Source: Laetmonice hystrix
Lineage: Eukaryota
NCBI GenBank assembly: GCA_965235115.1
Contig: OZ249436.1
Location: forward strand, 13,518,001 to 13,582,000
Direction: 5' to 3'
Length of the DNA stretch: 64,000 nucleotides
Below the pieces are notes generated by a model that saw only the letters and a program-made list of their open reading frames with translations, was not told the DNA's origin and did not search any database. The translations under genes were made by a program, and so were the position numbers. Positions 1 through 12,819 of the stretch are shown here, piece by piece; the first letter of the stretch is position 1; every line of letters begins with the position of its first letter.

Positions 1-449
1 ATCCGGTTTGAAAACCACCCAAACATTAAGACAAAGAAATTCAGAAACGGAAAGATAGATTTCCGCTCAGAGGTAATACATTGCATAACTAAATATAGTA
101 CCTCAACCAAACTAAATTAGAGTGTACTGCCATATAGGCCATGCAAGGTGTTTTCCTTATACCTAAACTCCTGGTATAGAAAGAACTGCCGCACGAATTG
201 CTCTTGCCTATATACCATAATGAAATGGGAGTAACCGGACATCGTTTATAGAAGCTGCGGTAATAAGGAAGCAAGGCCAATGTATCTGCCACCATAAGAT
301 TTTCCAAACAAATGTTGCCCAATCACTTCTATAATCCAATTTGCAGGCAGAATTTATAAAAGCGATTCGATTAGCCTAAGATATAGCCCTATAGGCCTAC
401 TATATACCACGAAACAGGACAGGTGTCCTACAGGAACATATACAATCCT

Positions 450-607
450 CATAGGCGTCCCCCCCCTTTGGCCAACGGTGCCCTTAAAACTTTCAAGATT
501 CATTGGCGTACTTTCTTCTGGTAGCTATAATCATAATGTGCTGACCAAGTCCCCCCCCCCCCAAGTCGAATTCGACCCACCCTTTGGAACTTCTGGGGGC
601 GCCTATG
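450..607. mobile_element. Short MITE-like element (CATAGGCG...CGCCTATG termini, internal C runs)
   Basis: Inverted termini cataggcgtccc / ggggcgcctatg. Same size and layout as other short CA..TG MITEs in the window. No clear TSD. Confidence 0.45.
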
Positions 608-1706
608 AATGCTTGTCATTGAGATGTAAATCTTGTTCAGGATGGCGTATACATCTTACCCTTTGATCAGTTGCAGTTAGCTAGTTGTACAGTGCCTGAA
701 GGCTGCCGGAAACCAACGTCTCCCGAGTCCTGATGTGTTCTGTCTGATAGAATCCGTTAAACTCTATCGTACTTTCCGTATTGCACGTCCTCTGGTCTAT
801 TTCCAACACTTTACTGCGCACTTTAACCTGAAGTACCATAGCTGATGGCTTGCACACTTAGACTAGGCCTATACTATGTAGGCGTACAGCTTGATTGATT
901 AGGTCTAATCATGATGGCAGACGTCTTTCTCCGACCACTGACTTGTGACAATTTCAGGTCGTAGGATTTTCCGCTGAATTGTATCGTGTATCCTGTATGA
1001 TGGCGCTACACGCGTATTACATATACCTACGCCACAGAACAGTCAAAGATCGAGTCGACTCTTCAGAACTGGCAGAGAGCGTTGCCGTTGTAGTCCTAAC
1101 TCCCGTTACCGCCAACTCACTCTTCAGAGAAGTTCAACGCGCCGTTTGCGGACCTCGTGGTGACCATGCAGTGTCGGAACTGTTTCCACGTCACCAGGCG
1201 TCGCTTCTGTCGCCTGCTCCCGGCCCTAATCACACACAGCCGAAAGCTGTGCACACACAGCAATCCTTCAAAGTGGCCCCTCTCTTCCCCTCGCTTCACC
1301 TCTTGCACCTGACAGGTTCTACGATGCTGGTTTTACTCTTCTACAGTACTGTGACATAATTGTCAATATGAAACGGACAAGTAAGTAATCCTATTAGCAA
1401 ACGCCCTTTTATCGACAACACTGTCGACCTCAGCGACGCTTATCGCCGCGGTAGCGTTCACCTCGGCGGTTAGGGCACAGGGCTACGCCTATAGTTAGAT
1501 AGGCTTACTAATGGGGGAAAGGAGAAACCCGCCCTAGTTAATAGAAAATTGAGAAAAGTCGCTGTTATGGCAATGCCGCTCCCCTATAGAACTAGATGCC
1601 GGGCCACACTTTAATGTTTGATCAAGTGACGGGGCCGTCTTTGGACAGGTCTACAGGTGTAAAAAGTCTCGGTATGTTGAGTGTGCCTGCCGCGTGGGGG
1701 TTGGCG

Positions 1707-1823
1707 CCTGGGCGGATCCGGGATTTTTGAAAGGGGGGGGGGGGTGTGAGTGGTGAACTGTGCGTTGGGCAAAGTGTGGGTGCAAGCCATTTTTTTTAAA
1801 TGAAACCCCCGGATCCGCCCCTG
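1707..1823. mobile_element. Short CAGGGGCGGATCC-type MITE (hAT-like)
   Basis: cctgggcggatcc...ggatccgcccctg inverted ends, internal G run, gttgg present on both flanks. Confidence 0.55.
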
Positions 1824-2077
1824 GTTGGGTGGGGATTGATCTACACTTAGGCCTAGAAGCAGATGGATTTCGGATAGGCCTACTTTGCGCCCCCGAGAGT
1901 CCGACAAACCAGACAAACACTCCTCGAGATAATTCAACTTTCAAGCCACAGCAATACACAGTCACAGGTCACGCATGTCTGAGACGAGGACGGTTACTGG
2001 GTAATAGGTCTACAGCCTGACATTATCTTTGATGTCACATGATTTACAACAGGGCTTCGGGCAGACCTGTAGCATCC

Positions 2078-3090
2078 ACCTCGATGTCATCATGCAGACC
2101 TGTAGCTGTATTAAAGGTTATCAACCTCTATGTCATCATGCAGACCTGTAGCTGTCTTAAAGGTTATCAACCTCGATGTCATCATGCAGACCTGTAGCTG
2201 TCTTAAAGGTTATCAACCTCTATGTCATCATGCAGACCTGTAGCTGTCTTAAAGGTTATCAACCTCGATGTCATCATGCAGACCTGTAGCTGTCTTAAAG
2301 GTTATCAACCTCTATGTCATCATGCAGACCTGTAGCTGTCTTAAAGGTTATCAACCTCTATGTCATCATGCAGACCTGTAGCTGTCTTAAAGGTTATCAA
2401 CCTCGATGTCATCATGCAGACCTGTAACTGTCTTAAAGGTTATCGACCTCGATGTCAGCATGCAGACCTGTAACTGTCTTAAAGGTTATCAACCTCGATG
2501 TCATCATGCAGACCAGTAGCTGTCTTAAAGGTTATCAACCCCGATGTCATCATGCAGACCTGTAGCTGTCTTAAAGGTTATCAACCTCGATGTCATCATG
2601 CAGACCTGTAGCTGTATTAAAGGTTATCAACCTCGATGTCATCATGCAGACCTGTAGCTGTCTTAAAGGTTATCAACCTCTATGTCATCATGCAGACCTG
2701 TAACTGTCTTAAAGGTTATCAACCTCTATGTCATCATGCAGACCTGTAGCTGTCTTAAAGGTTATCAACCTCGATGTCATCATGCAGACCTGTAGCTGTA
2801 TTAAAGGTTATCAACCTCGATGTCATCATGCAGACCTGTAGCTGTCTTAAAGGTCATCAACCTCGATGTCATCATGGACCTGTAGCTGTCTTAAAGGTTA
2901 TCAACCTCGATGTCATCATGGACCTGTAGCTGTCTTAAAGGTTATCAACCTCGATGTCATCATGGACCTGTAGCTGTCTTAAAGGTTATCAACCTCGATG
3001 TCATCATGCAGACCTGTAGCTATCAACCTCGATGTCATCATGCAGACCTGTAACTGTCTAAAAGGTTATCAACCTCGATGTCATCATGCA
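2078..3090. repeat. Minisatellite, 46-bp unit, ~22 copies
   Basis: Unit cctcgatgtcatcatgcagacctgtagctgtcttaaaggttatcaa repeated with few substitutions. Some 3' copies carry a 3-bp deletion. Confidence 0.97.
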
Positions 3091-3328
3091 GTGAAAACGA
3101 GTTCCAATGTTCTCGACAATGATTAGATGTTAGTGACAATATTAATTGTTAATTGATGGTGATATGACTTATGTGTGAACCTGCTGAAATAAATTATTTG
3201 ACATAGTGCGGAGAAGATGTATGCACATGTAGTTCCACAAGGTCACTCTTCCCATTGAACACCGCGACATCCTTTACTTTTTATTTTTAATAGGTCATAT
3301 TCACCAATCTTGTATAAAAACGCGTTAG

Positions 3329-4644
3329 TATGGTGGCCCAAAAGTATCATCTCGACTTACAAAATCTCGCATGGGGCAAATAAAATCAAAATCTCGCATG
3401 GTAGAAACACAAAATCAAAATCTCGCATGGTAGAAACACAAAATCAAAATCTCGCATGCTAGAAACAAAAATCAAAATCTCGCATGGTAGAAACAAAAAT
3501 CAAAATCTCGCATGCTAGAAAAACAAAATCAAAATCTCGCATGCTAGAAACACAAAATCAAAATCTCGCATGCTGGAACAAAATCAAAATCTCGCATGGG
3601 GCTTTTTACGGGCGCTGCCATGTTGAAACTAGGCAAGCGACGCGCAAGCGCAGTATCGCCGGAAGTAGTCAGAGTGGCCTGGATCATCACGCCCTCTGTC
3701 GGCATACGCCCCAGTCTGATCCTAGCCTGGTCCCCGGTGCCTACCATACGCATCCGCTTGATGTTAGGCCCGGTGATGGCTAACAGAAAGCTGTAAAACG
3801 GAAGTGGTGATCTCCAAGCACTTCCGCCTCGGAGCTAATCACTTCCGCCTCCGGTCCGTTGGTCAGCGTTAACAGAGTGATTGACTTCTGCTTGGAGCGT
3901 GGCCGGGAGTGGCCAACAATAGCAACATGCCCCTGCGTATGCAGACCGTAGCAGGTGTGGGGACTGGTAACGTTATGTTTACATCCAGAAAAGCGAGGAC
4001 ATTTAACACTTGTATTTTAAAGGGATTGGCGAAAATATTTGTGTCTTGTTGGAGAAATACGGGGGGTACGGAACTATACCTCGTTTGCGTCCATGTTTTC
4101 GATGGGCCAATCACAACGCTTGCTTCGATTGGCCTTCACCAGGCTTTATATTGGCCTGGTCCCCATTCGGCCCACCTCGGGACTGTCCGGGCCAGGTCCG
4201 GAAGTTGGGCCGAGGTTTTCCGAATGGCCTGGTCCCTAGCCTCGCCAAGAGTACCTGGTCCCCTGTCTTGCATGGATCCAGCCGCGCTCCTACTGTGCAT
4301 TTTCTCCATGCGAGATTTTGATTTTGTGTTTCTAGCATGCGAGATTTTGATTTTGTGTTTCTAGCATGCGAGATTTTGATTTTGTGTTTCTAGCATGCGA
4401 GATTTTGATTTTGTGTTTCTAGCATGCGAGATTTTGATTTTTTGTTTCTAGCATGCGAGATTTTTATTTTGCGAGTACGAGATTTTATTTTGCGAGTACG
4501 AGATTTTATTTTGCGAGTACGAGATTTTATTTTGCGAGTACGAGATTTTATTTTGCGAGTACGAGATTTTATTTTGCGAGTACGAGATTTTATTTTGCGA
4601 GTGCGAGATTTTTAAGTACGAGATGATACTTTTGGGCCACCATA
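3329..4644. mobile_element. Non-autonomous TIR DNA transposon, IS3EU-like (TAT...ATA, 6-bp TSD)
   Basis: 26-bp TIR tatggtggcccaaaagtatcatctcg / cgagatgatacttttgggccaccata. CGTTAG directly repeated at 3323-3328 and 4645-4650. Subterminal arrays of ~29-bp (aaaatctcgcatgctagaaacacaaaatc) and 21-bp units. Superfamily inferred from TAY..RTA ends plus 6-bp TSD. Confidence 0.8.
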
Positions 4645-5690
4645 CGTTAGCGTTCGTTAGGGTCGCCGTCAGGTGTTTTCAGCCGTCTTCCAGTTAAGGC
4701 ACCCTGACCGCCAAGTTGCGCCAACAGAGCACATGTACCAATCACGAGTCGCGCATCTGTACGCCTACAGGTTGTGTTAGCGACCGTGTGAGAACGCACA
4801 CGACGTATACGACTACACAATGTGAGTATTACATTTTTTATTTCCTTAACAATATACATAATATCCAGCGGTCGGGAGTACCTTTTTAAAATTAAAACTG
4901 TACATACAATTAAAAAACAGAACTCGGTCATTATGATATATGCAGTTCGATAGGTAAATACCTTACGCGTCTACGGTATAGTGCACTTCACCGAGCAGAT
5001 TGCGAAAAAAAGGATTCGAATCTGTACGAAGCACTTATTATCTTTGTTGATATCGACCCACTGTACTAAGAGTAGACCTACGGAATGTTAGCTTTACGGT
5101 GTGGGTGTAAGTATAACCGAGTGGAACAAAAGCTCTTGTCATTTATTTTCACAAAACATTGTCAATCCTTTAAAAAACCTTGATATTGGTTCCTGAATAC
5201 GCCTAAAATCTAAAATTCGACAGTCAGGACAAATGTGAATGATGGTGGTGTGGATGCGAGTTTGATGGTCGGTACTGTCGCAGTAAAGTTCAAAATGAGT
5301 AAAGAAGCGACGTGAACTGGTACTAGATGTAAAAATATTTTCACAACGAAAACTGTCTGAGGATTTTCTCAGATGCGTCTTTGTTTCCACTTCTACATGC
5401 ATGTAAAAGTATACATCACAGCGATAATGGCTGCAACACCGGTTTGAAAGTACAAAACATACTTTGAACGTGATAACCCTCATCTAATTCTCCCGTTTCC
5501 GGGCGAGGTACGATTCTTATAAGCATAAAATATTAAGTCACCTTGATATTTTGACGGGAACCAATCTTAAAAAGGATTGGCGGAATTAATAAACAACTGT
5601 ACGTTGGAGGTCAACCACTTCTAACAGAGGCGAATAAGTAACACTCTTTTTCTTAATGTTTAATGTAAAATACATGTTTTTACTTTAAAA

Positions 5691-6060
5691 ATATCAACTG
5701 CTTTTCATGATGCACTGTTGTTCGTATCATTATCCTGGCCCTTTCATATCGACTGCTTTTCATGATGCACTGTTCGTATATATCATTATCCTGACCCTTT
5801 CATATCGACTGCTTTTCATGACGCACTGTTCGTATCATTATCCTGGCCCTTTCATATCGACTGCTTTTCACGATGCACTGTTCGTATCTTTATCCTGGCC
5901 CTTTCATATCGACTGCTTTTCATGATGCACTGTTCGTATCATTATCCTGGCCCTTTCATATCGACTGCTTTTCATGATGCACTGTTCGTATCATTATCCT
6001 GGCCCTTTCATATCGCCTGTTTTTCATGATGCACTGTTCGTATCATTATCCTGGCCCTTT
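5691..6060. repeat. Minisatellite, 52-bp unit, ~7 copies, overlapping the CCDC154-like stop codon
   Basis: Unit tatcgactgcttttcatgatgcactgttcgtatcattatcctggccctttca. Its reverse complement encodes KGQDNDTNSAS*. Confidence 0.95.
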
Positions 6061-9000
6061 CCGTGGCCCTTGTCTTTGTTCGGACTGTCCTTGTCCTTGT
6101 TGGTGTTTGCCTCAATGACAGTGTCTGGGCGTCCCGTTTGAGGAGATGACCCAACCTGACCTTGACGTACCCGTAACGGGGGTGGCGGTTTAGGGAGTGC
6201 CGATCCTTCTTTATACTCCTTCAGCCACTTGGGATAGAACAGTCGCTGCTTCACTGTCAGCCACCTTCAAGGCGCAATAAACGGCATTTACCAATATATT
6301 CATGTGAGGTACACATAAATGTATTTATTTATTATAGCAAGTGCAAGTACTTTAATGGGACGCTGTGATTATGACATAATAGTATGTACTTTGTTTGATT
6401 AGATCTGTTCCTTCCGAAAATACGTTACACATGAGTCGGTCTTTGGGGCCATTTTCCTTTCAGATCTGCATGGTGTTAGAAATGTCAATTCATGTTCTAT
6501 TCATGAGTCCAAGTCGATGATAACAACTGTTTCAAAGGCCACATCTAATTTGGTCTAGGAACATTTTAACCTTGCTACATCTTAAATAACTTTTGAACTT
6601 GCTCAACTGCGTGTATTAGACATTATTTCTGAACACCAATACAAGACCCAGTTAGTATAATATTAACCTAAACTATACAAAAACGACAACAAAACAATAG
6701 TGCAAGAACACATAGATCTATCCACTTAAATAGCTCGTGATGTTAAAATGTTTGCCACTGTAAGTAAATTGTAGGCAGTGGCGTATCGGGGTGGGGGGTG
6801 GATTCCAAGTCTCCCGGACCCCCCCCCCCCCCCCCCCCGTTGAAAGAAGTATAGTAAGGACATTTTTGTAAACCAGGAGTGTAAAAATGCATTACTTTAA
6901 CCAAAGGAAATCTTCATATTTCCACACAAGATGTCTGGAGAATTTTCCAGAGGAGCATGGCCTAAGTACATGAAGTACATGAACTCCGGAAACCCCCGTT
7001 AACAAATTTCTGGATACGCCACTGATATGTGTGCACTCGTGGTACATACGGTATAAGATTTTATAGCGTAGAGAACGAAGTTCTGTTTTCTTCCAATAAA
7101 CTGTATTCTGGAAGCAGCTCTGACCAGGCCCTGTTATACCGCTCACTGTCACAGATTGGGGGGGGGGGGGGGGGGGGGGGGGCCAAATCCTACCTGTAGG
7201 CAGCATATACACTCCATCGGTTGAGGGGCACTGCTTTTTTCTCACCCTCCTCTCTAGTTTCTTGTCTGCTATCCTTAATGAATATTCGGGGCCCTGCGTG
7301 AGTCTTGAGTAATGGCTCGAGTAGCGCCCTCAATCGAATGACCTCGTCCTGAAGGTTTTTAACCTCTTCGATACGCTACATGTGAACAATTAAAGACATC
7401 AAGTGAAACAGCATGATGACTTAAACTTTCTCCGTAAGCGTTCATACACAGCCCTCAACCGCAAAGGTCAATCTGTGCTCTTCCTTTCCACTACTGTGAC
7501 TTAGTAAAATATACTAGCACTGTGTAACAAAGCAGAGTTTCCAAATTCCAAGTTTGGTGTTTCGTGGGGTCAAAGGCCAGCATGAAGACGAGAATAAAAC
7601 ACCATTATAGTGAGGAGTGCCTGTAATGAAATGTGAGAAAATACCCGCCTGTAATGCACGTTTCTAAGGCCAAAAAAAAAATAGATTCGTTTCTTGTCCC
7701 CGCGCGCGTCACCTAAAAACCCCCGCGTCAAGTCTTTTTTTTTCAAATCCAACTGCTTCATATGGTGGGCAGTGTAGCGCTGTGACAGAACGTTGCAACG
7801 GTTCTTTGGCGTTGGCGTTTTTCTGTTAGTCTTGTTGATTTTATGCGAGTTTTACACATTCTAAAACATTGAACATCATTGCATTAGTCTTTTCTTCAAG
7901 ATTTATGTACCCAACAGCAATTGCATTCGAAGAATCGGCCGTTGTCTAGTTTCATCCAAAAAAAAAAAGAAAGATGAAAAAAAAAAAAAACGCGTCACCG
8001 CACCAATTTTTTTATATGAAAGGACAAGAAACGAAACTTTTTTTTTTTGGCCTAATATGAAGTGGGAAAAGAAAGCCTGAAGAATGTGAAATAGAAAACT
8101 TATTAAAACACATATTAAGGTGCAGTGTGATAAGAGTAACAGCGAGAGTGCGGTAAGTATGCAGCCATCCTGAGTGGATATTGGTTAATAATATACACGC
8201 TGAAAACAAAACAAATTGTGTGAATCAGTCGAGGTATTATAGGTCCGGCACTGCAGGTATAACACCTGCCTTCAGTCTCAACATTCATCTTGAGGTGGTG
8301 GGATCTTCACTATTCCCTCGACGTCGTCGTGTCCTCACGGGCAGGACCACCATCCTCCTGATCTTTGTCCTTCTTAGAACTTGGAGCTTCGTCTTTGCTA
8401 TCTGTATCCTTCTCCACGTCTGCATCGGCATCCTTGTCTTCATCTTCCTTCTTAGTGTCTTCTGTTTTCTCTTCATCCTGTTTTGTCTTACTTCCAGCTT
8501 GGCCAGCATCATCAGCGTCATCATCGTCATCATCTGAACCGTCTTGCTCGTGTGAAGCGTTGCCATTGTTGTTGTTTGTGTTAGCGTCATCCGTTGTTTG
8601 TTCATCGTTTACGCCATGCTCACTGTGAGCACGTAAACCATCCACCTGTTCCTGAATCTCACGCTGGAACGTTTCTCTCTGATATAATAACACAAGGATA
8701 GCATTATTCGTTCATTCTGTGGTGACATGATGTGTCAGCAATGTAAATGTTCTATCGAGGGAAACCTTGGAAGAACACTTTTGATGAGATGAGTGTTCTG
8801 GACTGCAAAGTTTGGCGGACAATATGTCAAAACATATTTGGTCGAAGACCATAGTTGTAAACGAATTACACTAAGACTGCCTTTAAAAGATCTACATACT
8901 AAATGTGCTGATTAGGAACAATATAGGATTGGGCACTACCACCTGGGTCGAAAAGTGGATCAATATATCTATCTGAAGACAGTATATCCTGCTTGAAATT

Positions 9001-12000
9001 AGGAAGTCCACAATACACCCGTACACCTAGTTAGGTATGAACTCACCAGTTTCTGTTCCGACTGTATCTTCATACCAAGTACCGTTTTAACGGTCTGTAT
9101 CGACTCAGCCAGCTTCCGGATACTGCTCTGGATCTGCAAACAGACAATCTTCTGCAAAACGGTACGCAGTCTGAGATAATTACGACAATCTCGCAATTGA
9201 TCTAATATTAACCTTTTTACAGTTTCGACGCTCACTGATGGGTACGTCCATATCGGTTATAATAATACAACAGTAAAATCTTACGTTCTCTAGTTCTTCA
9301 TCATCGACACCCTTCTGATCATTTCTATCTCCAATCTTCATTGAGAGATCCTCCATTTCTCTCTTCAGGCCCTCAAGGTCCCGACCCCGGACCTCAGACT
9401 CTGCCGACACTCTCTGCTTGATCTCAGCCTTCATCAGTTTCTGCCGCTCCTCTGCCTGATAGGACTGCACCACATAAACACCTTATATAATGATACTCCG
9501 TGTCACTCGTTACAACTAAAAATAGTGAAATAACATTGGTTTTAGGCTCTAAATCATTTGGGCAATCATTCGTTCTGTAACTGAACGTTTGCATCGTGGA
9601 CTTCTATTCCACTTAGCAAGAGACAAACTACACTTAGCAAGCTCGACATTAACAATACTACTAAGCGCCACCTGGTGTCGATGGTGGAAGTACAGCCAGA
9701 TTAGGCCCCGACATATCTATCTACCAGGTAGGTCACCATCAGTGTTATAACCTGTCACCTTCTCCACACACACACCTGTCTTGAAAACGTAAAATGATCT
9801 CTTGAAACTCTAGACTTTAAACATTGTCTAAATGCTACAAACGATCGTATGAGAATTCAGTGAAATAATTTCCATTCTTGATTTTTCACCTGTGCTTTAG
9901 CATAAGGAATACCGCTGCTTTACGGCAAAGCAGTATACAGCACCTTTTTCATGAAACCTTTAATTTATTCTGAAGTGATGGATGATTTTTGTACGGAGGG
10001 AATGACTGCTCAGATTTCAGCACTTAGTTTAGTCTGAATTTCTTAAATTAACTCACATCTTCAGTTGCGAGCTGCACCTGGGTCTGGATCTCCTTGAGTG
10101 CCTGCTGAGTGACCTCTTGCCACAAGGAGATGGATTCAACTTTCTCTCTTAGGTTCTGGGATTGGACGACCGCAGCCTTGAACAGGATGGGGACAACCTC
10201 TTAATACTTATAAAACAGTTATGTACAGCTCTCAACACACTGTTTTTGTAGTTTTAATTAGTTTCACAATATACAGAGTTACTGTACACCTTGAAAAGTT
10301 CGTATGCAGGAAATGTTCACATAATTGGTCAGGGACGTAAATCTCAGGAGAAATAGGAAAATGATTAAAATGGAAATTTCACAAAAATTACACGCCACCA
10401 AAATTTCATGGTTTACAGTAATGCAAATCCCACTCATGCACGCACAAAGAAGATTAACAACGATGACACCATGCAAACAATATGGTATACATATGTCACG
10501 GACGAGATCGGAATTCCAATCTGGGCCGGCCCAAAATGGGATTCCGATCTCGGCCGGCCCAGTTCGGAATCGGGCCGGCCGAGATTGGAATTCCATTCTA
10601 GGCCGGCCTGGAATGGAATCGACATAGGATTCCATTCTGGGCCGGCCCAGATCAGAATTCTGATTCTGGCCGGCCAAGATGGGAATCCTCTAAAGACCTG
10701 GCCCAGATTGGAATTCTGATCTGGGCCGGCCCATGAACAACACCACAGTTTTCAGACTCACACTGCGCTTTGAAGGGGGGCTTCAAAGGGAACCCTACGC
10801 TGTTTAGAGCCTGGGAACTTAGGTATAGTAAACATACATTCTGGTAGGTATGAAGGAATATAATTCCGAATATTAGGCCTATCACAGTCCTAAACTGGTT
10901 TCACTAGTCTATATAGGTACCTTTAATTTCTAAAAGTGTATTTTTAAACTAAAACTCTGCCGAGATCAGAAAAACATCCATTCTGTCATTCGAGGATTCC
11001 TATATATGTGATTAAAGTGGATATACTGACTTTATAATTCCAGATGGATTCTGATCTGGGCCGGCCCAGATCAGAATTCCAATCTGGGCCAGGTCTTTAG
11101 AGGATTCCCATCTTGGCCGGCCAGAAATCAGAATTCTGATCTGGGCCGGCCCCGAATGGAATAGTGGAATCCTATGTCAATTCCATTCCAGGCCGGCCTA
11201 GAATGGAATTCCAATCTCGGCCGGCCCGATTCCGAACTTGGCCGGCCCAGTTCGGAATCCCATTCTAGGCCGGCCTGAAATAGAATTCCAATCTCGGCCG
11301 GCCCGATTCCGAACTGGGCCGGCCGAGATCGGAATCCCATTCTGGGCCGGCCCAGATTGGAATTCCGATCTGGGCTGGCCCAGTTCGGAATCGGGCCGGA
11401 TTCCAATCTCGTCCGTGACACATACATGTACATGTCTGACGGTTACATACACAACCTGATATCACGCCAAGGAGAACAATCTCTTCGCCAACAGGCGATG
11501 TTGTACGTCAGCGACACATAATGTTGTATTCATGCAAATTATGTTGAATGGAGTAAATCCAAGATTAAGCATTTCTTTAAGGACATCTGTGAATTCTAGC
11601 ACGTAAATAAAAACAAGTTTAGCCCCCGAAGAGGGTGCTATAGAGACGTGTTCATCATGCACTGACAGAAAGCTTGGGGACATAGAGCGGACATAAAGAT
11701 GGGAGCAAGGTGTACCTCCGGGTCGGTAAAGGTCTCCTGCCGCCCCTGCAACGCCTGCTCCCAACAGACAAGGAGCGATCTTACGACATTGGGTTTTTAT
11801 GCAGGAAAAGGACCCGTATGTCACACCCTTTTGTAGCCACATAGTGTACTAGTTCCCCCTTGCTTAGAATTTGTCTCTACACAAGAAAGATGTACCATAA
11901 TTCATAAATAAAGCAAAGGTTAATTACTGGTGTACATCATGCAAAGATTGGATTATTCAAAAGAACGGATTTCTAAAGACTACGGTTGGAATATTCTACA

Positions 12001-12783
12001 CTCTTTTGACTTAATAGTAATACTTTTTATAGTGCAGACTCCACTGCATCATTACATTGTGACTGATAGCAGATCGACAAACTATGTTTACTGACTAGCT
12101 CTACTGAAATAAAATTCTGGATAAATTTATATTTTGCCAACAATACCCTGTATTTATGATTTAAATGCGAGCTTCATATCTGAAACGGATCACAAGCACA
12201 ATTATATGATCCAGACACTAACCGCCTGTAGTTTTGTATCAAAGAGATCTTCAACTTGGTTCATCTTATTTCCCATTGCCATGACCCGAGCATCTAGGTC
12301 GGTAATAGAACGTGCTCCCATGCTCGCACTCTCATCGGCCATTAACTTCATCTCCCGACGTAACTGGAGTAGGCGAAATAGAAGGAAGGGCTGTTATGGT
12401 TACTTTTAAAGTTAAAAATAAGGACTTTAAAGTAGGAGAATATTATAATTAGAAAGCGGTATTGTACATGAATTGATTAAAAACCGATTTTTCGTTATTT
12501 TTGGCTACTTAAAACTGTACTGACCTTTTCCGCCAGACTATTGATCTGCATGGAGACGCCACCTAACGCTTGTTGTAACGTTGCTGTGGCGACACCCAGC
12601 TTTTCTTGTAGAGAATCAATTTTTTCACTGCTAACTCTTTCATGTCGCTTTCTATATATAATGAAAAGTATTGTATTTTATGTCATTCTTACATTGATAC
12701 TCAGAAATCATAACTTGAACAAATAAACCATAAGCCTGTTTTTACCTGTTCATATTATCTTATGTTATTGCAACCCCCCCCCC

Positions 12784-12819
<36 letters not shown>

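Noticed and set aside
660..1380. Exon-like segments: - strand 660-827 (ttcag|...|gtaag) and + strand 958-1380 (tttcag|...|gtaagt), ORF 979-1359
   Set aside because: Splice-like signals occur on both strands, but the frames contain stops or give no recognisable protein. They may be UTR exons, which I cannot support.
2078..3090. Regular repeat arrays (also 5691-6060 and 59174-59777) as CRISPR arrays
   Set aside because: Units are head-to-tail with no unique spacers, there are no cas genes, and the context is eukaryotic. These are minisatellites.
3484..4615. ORFs such as (ILRVRDF)n and others inside the TIR element
   Set aside because: By-products of 21- and 29-bp tandem units and a GC-rich interior. 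No transposase motifs.
10279..11465. Overlapping ORFs rich in GRP/WAGP
   Set aside because: Translations of the palindromic repeat arms of the Ginger-like element.
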